Source: Phoronis australis (Eukaryota; Animalia; Phoronida). From it: 64,000 nucleotides of DNA. The stretch spans positions 129,049-193,048 of the forward strand of contig NMRA01000496.1 of the NCBI GenBank assembly GCA_002633005.1, in the 5' to 3' direction. This document shows, one piece after another, positions 24,087 through 35,819 of this stretch (position 1 is its first letter; every line of letters starts with the position of its first letter). The notes beneath the pieces are model-generated. The model was not told where the DNA came from and did not search any database. It saw only the letters and a list, made by a program, of their open reading frames with translations. The position numbers and the translations under genes are program-made.

Positions 24087-25762
24087 TATATACACAAAAC
24101 GTACCGAGAGTGGCGTTCGACATTATTCCGCGGTCTCGGTCGATACGCGGAATAATTTGTTGTGGGATATTACTTCATGTACGCCAATCTAGGTACGTTT
24201 TGTATTTATCCCATACGCTTCGAATTCCTAAGTTTCTTTCATTTTTCCGCAGATTTTAAAATTTTTTCACTCAGACTGTTCACGTGGCTCGCGCATTAGG
24301 CTGCAAGTTTTCTCTAGTAAAAGAAACAGTTTTAAATGTGACGATTTATTACTTAAAAAGAGATAACGAAGATGAAAAGAAGGGTAACTTTTCATTGAAC
24401 TTGTAATATCTCCTGAAAATAGTTAAATAACAACAATATTTGATATTGTAGTTACCGAGGAATCGGCGCTTGGGTTGCAGACGATAAAATATTTAGCAAA
24501 TGAAAACTGAGACAGAACTGTCATATAATTAACAGTCCTGTTCCAGATGTTACGATTGAGGGCTGATAGTATGTTGAGCGTTATTTACACTGCTATAATT
24601 GTACATGTATTACTTTAAACTATTTTCCGAAAGTTTGGTGTTCGAACCGGCTGACGAAGTCGAGTCGACATTGACCTACCTTTTAAACTTTCCATGTCAG
24701 AGGTCACTGTTGAAGTAGTGCGGGATGTGAATACGGAAAACTTTATTACATGGCCGTATTTCCTTCGACAGATTCAACACGTATGGGATAAATGTCTCAG
24801 TATTTAAAGGTAGACAACCTGAAACAATGGATTAGGCTATGTCAAGTTAGGTATGACGGCAGTGTCTGATAATGTACAGTATTGTAATATTTCATATACA
24901 TTATATTAATATCCAGCATTACTCAATTTGTGTGCGATATAAATATCATTTGTCGGACAACGAGAGTACACCGGTCTTCTATTTATTCCTGCGCTAATAC
25001 CTCAAATATCATTGGCTGATTTAGTTCTGACTTTAATTGAATAATGATGTTTATCCCACGCGCGTTGAATCTATCGAGGGAAATATGGCCATGTAATAAT
25101 TTTTTCCGTATTCACCTCCCGCACTACTTCAACAGCGACCTCTGACATGGAACGTTCAAAAGGTAGGTCAATGTCGACTCGACGTCTTCAGCCGGTTCGA
25201 TCATCAAACGTTCCGAATATAGTTTAAAGTAATACAGTTGCAGCAGTGTAACTAACACGCGACACGCACCCAGGCCTTTAACGTAAAATCTGAAACAAAA
25301 ATGTTAATTATAAGACACTTTCAGTTTTCAATTGCTGAATACTATATCGTCTGCAACTCAGGCGCCGTTTCCTGGGAAATCAAAATATCAAAAATTGTTG
25401 TTTTTTAACTATTTTCAGGAGATGTTACAAGTTCACTGCTCAGTTGCCGTTGTTTTCATCTTTGCTTCCTCTTTTCAAAAAATAAATCGTCACATTTAAA
25501 ACTGTTTCTGTTTCAAGAGAAAACTTGCAACCTAACGCGTAAGTACATACATATAGGATGTGATCCGCCATGTGAAAAGTCTGGGTGAAGTATTCGAAAA
25601 ATCTGCCAAAAATGTAAGAAACTTGGGAATTCGAAGCGCATGGAATAAATACGACCTTATTCCGCGTATCGACCTCGACCTTCGGTCTCGGTGGATACGC
25701 GGAATATTGTCTCGTGGGATATTACTTCATGTACACCACTCTCAGTACGTTTTGTGTATATA
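24087..25762. repeat. 1.7-kb foldback: 27-bp outer TIR, ~610-bp inner inverted arms, ~220-bp spacer
   Basis: 24087-24113 vs 25736-25762 match 26/27; 24202-24809 vs 25031-25652 are diverged reverse complements; a hairpin cassette is repeated directly at about 24123-24203 and 25657-25755. Confidence 0.9.
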
Positions 25763-27319
25763 GTAATCAGTATAAATAGAATTTAATATTGTGTAGCACC
25801 ACATTGTTCCTGTGTAATCTCGGACATTTTTCAATTACAAATTATGTGCTTATATTGAACTCCTGATTTCCAATTGGCTGTGAATTAGAGTTGGCACATA
25901 TTCAAATTTTTGTCTCATTCATTCCGCATTTCTGTCGTGCTAAGCCAACAATAAACGTCTACCGGTTTTGCCGAGCTGTGGTGTGAATTCTACTGACATT
26001 AGATTGGATGTGCGCAGCGATATGGAAATACTTGTAATAACCAATTTAAATCATAGTCAGATTTGACATCTCAGATTCGTGAGAACTTTCTAGAGAGATC
26101 AAAGAAACGGTTGAGGTTGTTAAAAATTATATTGACAGAGGACATGCTAAATTGTGTACGTTTAATGAATAGACTGACCAGAACCAGGTAGTGAGATTTT
26201 AAACTCAAAAATAGCTGAGGTTTAGCTTTAGTTTTTTGAGACTTTTTACTTACCAGAGTGCATGTTAGCTGGTCTATTGTATACCATAGTGAGTTGTATA
26301 GCCGTAGTTTCATGCTTTCACCACAGAAAGCACAATTGCTGTTTAATTTTAAAAATGGATATATTTTTAACTTAAAGTAAACTTTTATTCAATATGTTTT
26401 ACATGTAGGTTTTTTCATTTTAAATTCTCTGTTCATTGTTGGGTGCTCTAATGCAGCTACTTTTCAGGTCGATAAATCGTGATTTTGCATACATTATGCA
26501 AATTAAGGATGCCACAATTTAACTTTTACTTGTGATTACAACTACCAGAAAAAACAGGAACTTATTGTTGTTATTGGTCATTCTCATTGTTTTCTTCATT
26601 GAGATTTGCCAATTCTTTTGCAATACCAATGGAATTAGCCTTGCATGGCCATTGCTTTTGACTGTAAACTGCCATCACGATCGCATTTATCAATGACGTC
26701 ACTGCTGCCATTACACCTGCAATTTCATTTGGCATTGTATCAAATAATATTTTTACTTCGGTTATTAATGTGATAGTCACTTTATCATATCGTCACCATA
26801 AATGACTTAAAAGTCGTAAACTTTGTTTACTTGTAAAAGTTGTTTAACTGAATACAGCGCTGTGGCAATTGATTCTTGACGTGTTCTACTGCTCATTTTA
26901 TAGAATCCGTTTGATCGAAGGTCGCCAGTCCCGTCGTAATTAAGACGGTCGTAACTAAGACGATCGTAGCTTAGACAGCTGTCAGTATCTTCATGTTTAT
27001 TAACCAAAAATTCATGAACGCAGAATTCGAAGTTTGAGCGTATGGGGTCTATTTTTATAGGCGAATTGGCACCGCAAATGTTCCAAATTACTCTGAAATA
27101 TGGGTCTCCAGTTCAATGTAAAACCAAATGCAAAGTGTAAATTTCGTTATCGGAAGTACTAAATAAGGGGATTCACCAATAAACACCCCTTTAAAATATA
27201 ATTGACCACTCTAGCTTCTGGAATTAAACCTAGCCTTGATTCATCACTCCATCAATAGACGGCGCTCCCTTCACAGGTTGTTCGGTTGTTCTGGTTCCTG
27301 CTCGATATCCCAACAATGA

Positions 27320-28975
27320 TCCTTGGTCGGATTTTAATGAAAATTGACACAAGGGTGTGGAACGGTTTTGGCCACTTTTCAATCTGCCCCGCCCACTGGG
27401 GTCAGGGGTTGGGTTTTTCAATATTTTGAGGAAGACTACCGCGCCGGCACTACTACATTATTGGGCGGATTTGACCACTGCAGCACTTCCTATAGGCCAT
27501 TTAATTCTTGACAAGGGGCTTTCCAAGTATTGTTTTGGGGGTCGACCGTTTCCGGATGATATCTTGAGAACCCGTCGACAGATTTCACTAAAAATTGACA
27601 GAGGTAGGTCGCCATTTGACTTTCGGACGGGTTCTACTACTTTAGCGCCAGGTTTGTGTGAGATTGTTTCCGGATGTTATATGGAGAACAGATGTGATTG
27701 AAACATTTAGATGAAAGTTAACCTTGAGGTTTATGATTTGTCATTACGTTGGCACCATTAAATTTTCGATCGGATTCAAAAACTGCAGAAACCCCCAGTG
27801 GCCAGTTTGTTTTCGACGAGAGTTTTTTCAATTGTCACTTGGGGAAAGAGTGTTTCTGGATATCTAGAGAACTAATTGACAAATTTCAATGAAATTTACC
27901 ACAGAGGTATATGATAACAGTGCATCGAAACCATTTGATTTTAGGATGGATACGCCTTCTCGTGGCCAATTTGGGAAAGAGCATTTCCGGATGACATCTA
28001 GTGATCCGAATGACAGATTGCAATGAAACTTTAAACAGAGATGTATGATGCCAATGAATTTTCGGAAGGATTCGAGCAAGGCAGGGCCTTCTAGTGGCCA
28101 TTTTGTTCGGGATTAGGGCCTTTTAAGTGTTGTTTGGGGGAAAAGCGTTTCTGGATGACTTCCAGAGAACCGAATGACAGACTTCAGTGAACCTTGACTC
28201 AGGGGTACATGTATATGATGTTAATGCGTCGGCACAACTTGATTTTTCTCTAGATCCGACTGTTGCAGCATTTCGTAGTGGCCATTTTGTTCTTGACAAT
28301 GGTGTTTTCAACAGATGTTTAGGAAAGTTTGTTTCCTGATGAAACTTGGAAACTCAATTGACAGATTCCAATTAAACTTGGCACTGATGTATATGATGAC
28401 AATGTATCACCCACATTAGATTTTCGGGCTAATTGCACGGTTGTAACACTTCCTGGAGGTCATTTGGGAAAAGAGCATTAACCGGATGAGATCTAACTGA
28501 CGGATTTTGATGAAACTTGACACGTTGACGTATATGTGATGTCATTAAGTGGCACATTAAATTTTTGAGTGGATTTAACTACTGCAGCACCTCCTAATGG
28601 CCGTTTTGCTTCGCCAAGGGTTTTTGAAGTGTTGTTTGTGTTAAGAACAATTCCGGATGATATCTGAAGAACCGATTGACGGACTTCAATGAAACTTGAT
28701 TCATGTGATGTCAATGCGCTGGACAATTCGTTTTTGGGTTGGATTCGACCACTGCAACATCATGACAAGGGGCTTTCCATATGTTAATTTGACAACCGCG
28801 CGCTGGAACCGGGCCATTGATTTTCGGGCGTATTTCACCGGTGTAGCGTCTCCTAGTGGCCACTTTTTACTCGACAAAGGGCTTTTCAGTTGTTGTTCGA
28901 GGAAGAGCGTTTGCGAATGATACCTAAATAACTGAGTGACAGATTTCATTGGATTTTGGCTCCGAGTTTAATGTC
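27320..28975 (+). repeat. Degenerate tandem array (~150-200 bp units) with a GATTTCAATGAAACTT-like core; Helentron/HINE-like
   Basis: About 9 recurrences of ttccggatga..tct.gagaac...cagatttcaatgaaacttg...gatgtatatgatg...gtggccatttt. The family label is inference. Confidence 0.7.
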
Positions 28976-30799
28976 CAAAATAGTTCTAGAACGGGTTATA
29001 AGATCGCTAATGAAAGTAGAAACTTAATAAACAACCGTATTACATAATCTATAAGTGGGCCTCATGCGAAGGCTCTAACCGCCTATTTGAAAATGTTACG
29101 TTTTGCGTCATCATTACTGTTTGTTAAGTCGAATGCGAATAGCTGAAAATTATTTTTCTAGATTTTCCGCTTTACCATCGCTCGCTTGCAAGGCTCTATC
29201 TGAAAATTTGCGCAAATCATTTTAAAGACGTTCTTTCCGTTTCATAGCTTTCATGATGCATCACGGGCAATGAAGGTATTTTGAAAAGTTATGAACTGTG
29301 CTAGTATATGTGAAGAATTTCAGTTCCCTTTGTTGAACCACTCAAAAGGTACAAAAAAATCATTATTGGCCAGAAAAATCGTTTTCCGAACTCATCCGCA
29401 ACGCGTAATGGAACCCGAAACTCTCGTCTCACAGCCGCGCGTGGCGCTGGTTGAGCTATACTGCAATTAAACAAGTGTTTTAGTGTGACTGTTCGTAGAG
29501 GAAGAAATGTAATCCTCGCAAGTTGATTACCGTTCCAACAAGTGTATTTATAGAAAGGGTTCGGAGTGCCAATCTTCACTGGTCGGACTTTCTAGAGAGG
29601 AGAACAATTGAAAATCATTTTGAATAATTTTGGTGGTCGTAATCTAGAGAGATTATTGTAATAAGTGGAACAGTATTAGGCGTTTTAGATGGTAAAGTCA
29701 TCGGCTTCGGTATCATCGAATGTCGTCTGGCAGACCACGGCGAGAATCGGTGATTGTTTTATAGTTCTGGTCAAAACGTATTTGAATTACGGCTGCCTTT
29801 ATTTGCATAAATTATACGTTATGTAAGCTACGATATAATGACCTGGATACTGATTTCAGCAATTGCATCGACCACAAGAAATATGGCTTCAAAATAATCT
29901 ACATGTCTTGCCCCACATAGAAGTTACGAGCAGAATTCGAATTTTACGTGATGGCGTCCTTTGTTTGCAAAAAGTTTTCCAATTCATCATGCAACAATGT
30001 GTTTAACAATCGTTTGAAAATTCGTATGCAGATAGTTCTCCTCAAAATCTACCTACAGTGTATATCGATTCTCGCTAATACTTGATTTAGTCACTAGCCT
30101 TTTGTTGGCTGATTCCTCAATGCAATTATGTTGGTTTGACGTCGGTGCCTTGGGAGTCGGCGAAGGGGTTATTGTTGTCAGTTTCGTCGTCGATTTCGCC
30201 AGTTGTTGCTACTCAGAGCGCTTCCATTTTAATAAACCGTCGTAAAAATACAATAAAAAACTGTCGCGTTTTTTGTGTGTTTTGATAGTAATTTCCTGTA
30301 TAGATTAGGCGTTGAAAACGCCCTCCACAAAGAATGTGAAAACGTATAATGAGCTCTCCCAGCCGATAACACCATTGTATTCAATTCCTGTCTAAGAAAC
30401 TACTAATGAAGTGCTCTGATTTCAATTATTAATTAAGGTGATTGCGGTCTTTCAGTGTCAACTGATTAATGAAATGTCTTTCGTTTCATATCCTGTAATT
30501 TCAAAATAGAATAATGTGACATCACAGGAAAAAGTTACGAAAGCCCTAGATAGAACAAGTTGGACTCGACTATTCTTGGATGAATCGACTTGATTAAGTT
30601 AAAGCCTTTGTACACCATAGTTACGTCAAACAAACTTAATGTTTAATTTGTTTAGACCACATGCAGTTAAAACAGATCTCAACTTGATCCAGACTCAGAA
30701 AACGAATGGTTTGTGAGTTTGTGTTCTTGGAGAGTTAAGAAATAGGATAAAGCCGCTCAGATTGTATATACTAGCATGACGATCTATACAACGCTAACT

Positions 30800-31316
30800 T
30801 TGGGCCCGGATGTTGGCTTCGAGTCAGTCTGACAAAAACAATTCGAAAGTGGCCGCGCGGACACCCACCCTCACCCGACGCCTCCTGTCACTTCGTTCCC
30901 GCGACGGAAAAGCGTCGGGTTCTGCGGTCATAAAACCCCGGAGATTTTTTTCTTTGTCTTGCCGACTCCTGGCTTCAGTCAATCCGGTGAACACGCTTCT
31001 TTCTTGAAACCAAACTCAATTCTAGATACTCGTCCGCAGCCTGCGTTAACCATTAACACTTTCTAGGTTGCGTGTTCAATATTCGGCGGCGAGAGAAGTC
31101 GAAGAAACGATGCAAACGTTGAATAATGTTCCAAATTTCGAGTCAAGCGAATGCGCTGCCCCAGCATTTTTCGCGCACCCGTTCGCCGCCGGGTACGAGT
31201 ACTACTCTGTGTGCTGCGGTCGCGTCCGCTCGCATAGACCTACTGCGAAACCACGATGACTGGACTGAGTGAGTTCCTCGCTCATTCTTACCGTTAAAAG
31301 TACTTTTATATTACAG
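30800..31316 (+). promoter_or_regulatory. CpG-rich island-like region; candidate promoter or 5' exon of an unidentified gene
   Basis: High CpG density relative to flanks, tttctag acceptor at 31066, donors gtgagt (31269) and CAG|gtaagt (31317). Confidence 0.4.
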
Positions 31317-31460
31317 GTAAGTAGCCAAGATCTCAACCTTTGTTCCAGTTTTTATCGTAGTGTCATAGATAATTCCACTTTTTGTCCATTTTTACAAAAA
31401 GAGAATCGAGGCCCATACGCTCGCACACCGTAGTTTTCCTTTGTCTCCGTAGCCTTAGGC

Positions 31461-31493
<33 letters not shown>
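31461..31493. repeat. (CTA)11 microsatellite
   Basis: Perfect trinucleotide run. Confidence 0.95.
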
Positions 31494-32446
31494 GCCCACA
31501 GAGCCAACTGTTCAAAAGTTTCGTTTTTCCCGTTTTAATCACGTCCTGCATCAGGTCACGTGCTTACCCAAATCAACCGAGATGACAGTCATTAATTAAC
31601 TTGACACAATATTTAGAAACTGATGCCGGTATTAACCCTTTGCTTTGTGCTGAAACACTGTACAGAATAACATCCTGGACACTTTCTTTTAATGGCTAAA
31701 AGTTTTCAAGTTATCAAATAAGACTTGATGTCATTTAGAATCGGATTCATGTTTTTATGTGTGATACTTTCATGTTTTTAAGTGTGACATGCTACATAGT
31801 TCAGTGTTCTCCATAGCCTTGGTGTAAAGCCGTGTAATAACGCTATTGCACCGATGTGGGTAAAAACTGACCGAGTAAAATTTGACACAAAATACCTTTC
31901 ATTAAATACTACACTAATCTATGAAAAAAATGAATTGTTTACCGGTGTTTGAAAAAACAGCGTTGTATCATTATTCCAGCCCGCATGGTTCAGGTTACCC
32001 AAAACCTGAGAGAAGCACAGGCAAACTGGCCTTGAGTTCAGTAACAGTGATTTTGGCTAGATGTTAGCGATGTCCTAGCTTCCTTAAACTCCACCCTGTT
32101 GAAGCATCAGGTTAAAACTGATGGTAGAGAATACTGATATATCAAAATAGCCAACAATTGTACTTGATTATCATTTTTCTTTTCGCTTGTATCGGTTACA
32201 ACAAAAAACGACTCAAGAATGAAAATATCTTTTTGTAAATAATTGTTTAAAAATTTCGATTACTGGTTAAATAACTTCGCCTTCATAATAGGAAAAGATG
32301 GAGCAAAGATTTTATTGGGCGTATTTACTCCGCCACACCGAAGGACAATGAACTTTTCTGCCTACGAACACTATTCCTAAACGAACCCGGTCGAACATCA
32401 TTTGAAGGTCTGCGTAAAGTACAGGGTCAGGTAATGGATATGTTAA

Positions 32447-34121
32447 AGGAGAATGCCATCCAAAAACAACCTATTTTGTATCAATTTAGATCGAATAGCT
32501 CTACTCGATAACGGCACGTTCGGTTGCGTTACCTGACACCTGACGGCAGACAGAGGTGTTGAAATTATCCAATGACGTCATTGGCTTCACACGCAGTCTA
32601 TTCAGCAGTTCACAACACGGGTTACTGGCGTCAGCTTATCACTTGAATTCATCGTTTAACACCAATAAATCATCAAATTTCGATGTAAAACCCTTAGAAA
32701 TGCTCCAAGTTCTTATAAAAAGTGTTGTTTTATTTCGCTGTTACGGATTTATTGGTATTTGGACACACCGTAGCCTACAAAGTTCGGCAGGCCAATTTAC
32801 CAAGGTCCGTAGCAGGAGTTTGGGGTCTGTTCGGAGATAAATTCGAAGTATGACAGGAGAACCTAAAGCTGTGTTGTTTAGACTTGTGATTTTTGAGTTC
32901 TAAACACACAAAACGCTTGTTATACTGGCCAGTGGCTCGGAACCAGATGAGACCCGTCAAGGCCGGACTGACTCGTTATCCCGGCCAGTGGCTCGGAACC
33001 CCACCAGGCCCGTCAAGCCGCCGAGAATGGCACGAACATAAACCAGTTTGAGTTGGAAACTAAACCTCCAGTCACGCTAGACTATAATAGTGAGCCAAAG
33101 AAATATTGTGCACGTAATTATTTATGTGAATTAGTCAAGAAACTGATCTACTTACTTGTCGGGGGTCGCGAAGTCGGATTCCCCTTCCACAGACCGTCAG
33201 GGCAAAGGTTGTACAGTAACATTGATTTGAATAATGTAATTGTATTTTTAAATAAAGATTCCCCTGACATGTGACCATAGCATATAAAATCGAGTAATTG
33301 TTTCACAACAGCTTTCCGTCAGCAAACACCGATGAATTAGCATGCGCTCACACGGCCTCGGTGCCTGGTCAATTACCTTTATTGCCGGCATCAAAAGCCG
33401 GTAACTCAGTGGTTTATTCACTGATTGCTGGCTTCTCAACATTTGCATTCACGAATATTGCAAAGGCATAACAAATTGTATCTAATGAGACAGACTTTGT
33501 TTCAGTTTTATATAAGCATTGGTTAGGATGAGAATAATTCATTTTGAAACAGAACGCAGAATAATAAACGTCTACATGACAACCCGACTTAGTCAAGAGC
33601 TCATCTGACGAAGACTTCACGGGTCGGATCGTTAGGTTTCTGTTCGAACTGGAATATACTGATCAAGAAACACTAGGGAGGCGCCGTGAACATGCACAGG
33701 CAACAGAACCTATGGATAGTTCTTTTGTAAGCCGGAATTCGTCAGAGAAATCACTGTCGACGAAATGCCGGCCACAGACACGGAGATGTTTCACAGCCTC
33801 ATATTTGCTATTAGCAGCGTACCTTTCATTCTTCACTGCCGCGAGCCACTTCCTGAGCATTTCGAGCTCTCGAGGAAGTCGAAAAAGCGATATACCCGCT
33901 TTCTTTGCAGCTTCATAGTTCGGACAAGCGGGAACGACACACCGCAATATAGCGGCATTCACTCTGCAGACGAACCACTGACGTGGCTGCGTCGTTTCTC
34001 ACCTTCCTCACAGGTTAACGCGACACGTCTCGGCAAGGTGAGGTCGACCGTATAAGAGGCCATGTGGATATAGACCGATTAAGGCAGTAAAAAGACTAAT
34101 TAAATCGGGTGGCATTCTCCT
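32447..34121 (-). mobile_element. Non-autonomous Kolobok-type transposon carrying a THAP domain
   Basis: TTAA on both sides; TIR AGGAGAATGCCA(T/C)CC matches 14/15; THAP ORF starts near the right end. Confidence 0.82.
33663..33962 (-). pseudogene. THAP zinc-finger N-terminus of a transposase
   Basis: CVVPAC...ISLFRLP...KW....V...RVCGRHF...RRLPSV fits the C2CH THAP signature; no in-frame ATG before the first Cys. Confidence 0.85.
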
Positions 34122-34569
34122 TTAAGAAAGCGTGTTTTAGATTCCATGTCCTGGAAGACAACACAGTGTAAGACATGTGTTTCGCAGAAGCTGCGGACGT
34201 CTTCTAGATGCCAAGGCCACTGCGCTCTCTCTTTTTGACACTCTGTTGACACACATCAATCGACTCCACTTTCTACTATGACGGGACTTGCGCCAAGATA
34301 ATTTGATTGAGGACTTTGTTCATCACTGCTAAACACGTGAAACTTACATTCATGAAAATAATCTGCACATGTGAATTTAAGGTATGGTAATAAAGACACA
34401 TTGGGAATATATACTTCGTAGTATTACCACTATCACATTTTTGTACGGCGAAGTAACTGTGAAAATGACTTTCAACAAAAAATTAAATGCGATATTTAAG
34501 AAAAGCATTGATACCAGCATACTATGGTTTTGTTTTTTAACTTAAGCATGTATCACCAGAGCAACAATG

Positions 34570-34838
34570 AAAGCTGATTCCCATACACTTGCTTGTACTA
34601 TGGTGATTACTTTTATTAGAGGTGACAAAATTTTAGAAGGTTTCTTAGTGACGGTTACTTAGAAATCGTCTCTCTATAGTAATCAGACAAATGCAGCGTT
34701 TTAAAGCTGATTCCCATACACTTGCTTGTACTATGGTGATTACTTTTATTAGAGGTGACAAAATTTTAGAAGGTTTCTTAGTGACGGTTACTTAGAAATC
34801 GTCTCTCTATAGTAATCAGACAAATGCAGCGTTTTAAA
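34570..34838. repeat. Perfect 133-bp tandem duplication
   Basis: aaagctgattcccatacac...gcagcgtttt repeated at 34570 and 34703. Confidence 0.95.
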
Positions 34839-35556
34839 TGTTTTTGTTCAATTGCTTATAACTCTTTGACTTAAGATTTTTTTATTCCGAGATGAATCTT
34901 TCCAAACTTGTAACCCCTCAGCACGGGTTGGTAGGTAACATGTTCACCACAGCAACTGCCGTTTGCTGGCTATATTGAATTTTGCAATGTTAAATTCTAG
35001 TGCAAATAACAGTGATCTGCGTGAAACGTTCCCGCATAATAATTCTGAGTTGAATGCGCTGACATGTGGACACTTTTCGTAGAAGCGGTTAGTAGGAAAT
35101 TCCTAATAACTATAAAACAGTTGAAATATCGTACACATCAGAAACGTAATAATGAGTAAATGTTGTGAATTCTTTTGAAACAAATTTGAGTGACATGTGG
35201 GCACGTATCGTTGCAACGGTCAACATATAATCCTTTACCGTTGCCAAAGTAACAGTAAAAACAGCATAAAACACTATGGATGATAGTTCCATATTTTGCC
35301 AACAAATGGCACCCATAAATTCATATTTCTTCCATAATTCTACATTTTAATTGAAAAATATAACAAAGTATGTGTAACAGTTGTAATGCACTGTACACGA
35401 GAGAGTGAAGTGTTTTGAATTATTGCGAAATAAAGTTGTCATAATTTTTTGCTTACTGGGAAGACAGTAACATTTCAAATAAACTTTAAGTGGTTTCATG
35501 GTGACTAGGTAAGTGAACTTTTCTTTTCGGTTTACACCACATAGTAAGAAATTGTT

Positions 35557-35596
35557 CTCAGCGTTTCAAAACTTGAGCTTGTTTCTTCGTCAGGAG
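35557..35596 (-). ncRNA. Penelope-type minimal hammerhead ribozyme motif (probably decayed)
   Basis: CTC-CTGACGA-A-GAAAC(loop)GTTTT-GAAA-CG-CT-GAG; core intact except the U of the cleavage triplet. Confidence 0.6.
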
Positions 35597-35619
35597 TGAT
35601 GACGAGGTGGAGTACCAGT

Positions 35620-35750
35620 GCCTTATATGTAGCTGGGTCTTGTGCGATTGGTCAAATGACTTGGCTGTTGATTGGCTGAATAGCTTGGCTGCTGATTGGC
35701 TGAAAAACTTGTCTTGTGATTGGTCGGAAGTCTTGAGTTGTGATTGGACG
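35620..35750 (-). promoter_or_regulatory. Five CCAAT boxes at exact 24-bp spacing followed by TATAA (Penelope pLTR-like promoter)
   Basis: GATTGG on + at 35646, 35670, 35694, 35718 and 35742; TTATA at 35623-35627. Confidence 0.55.
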
Positions 35751-35819
35751 ATTGCCATTGAGTTGCGAAAAAATGTATGACTATTGTTTAGTTATATCAC
35801 TTTTTGGCCATAATAGAAT

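Noticed and set aside
24651-24676. CTGACGA followed by a small hairpin in the foldback arm
   Set aside because: No GAAA or cleavage triplet follows.
31363-31585. Poly-Thr / poly-Val ORFs
   Set aside because: Products of the (CTA)11 microsatellite.
33604-33637. Hammerhead-like CTGACGA-AGAC...GTC-GGAT-CGTT
   Set aside because: The GAAA core reads GGAT and stem I is poor; cannot be separated from chance.
35640-35760. Regularly spaced repeats as a CRISPR array
   Set aside because: Contiguous 24-bp tandem units without unique spacers; eukaryotic context and no cas genes.
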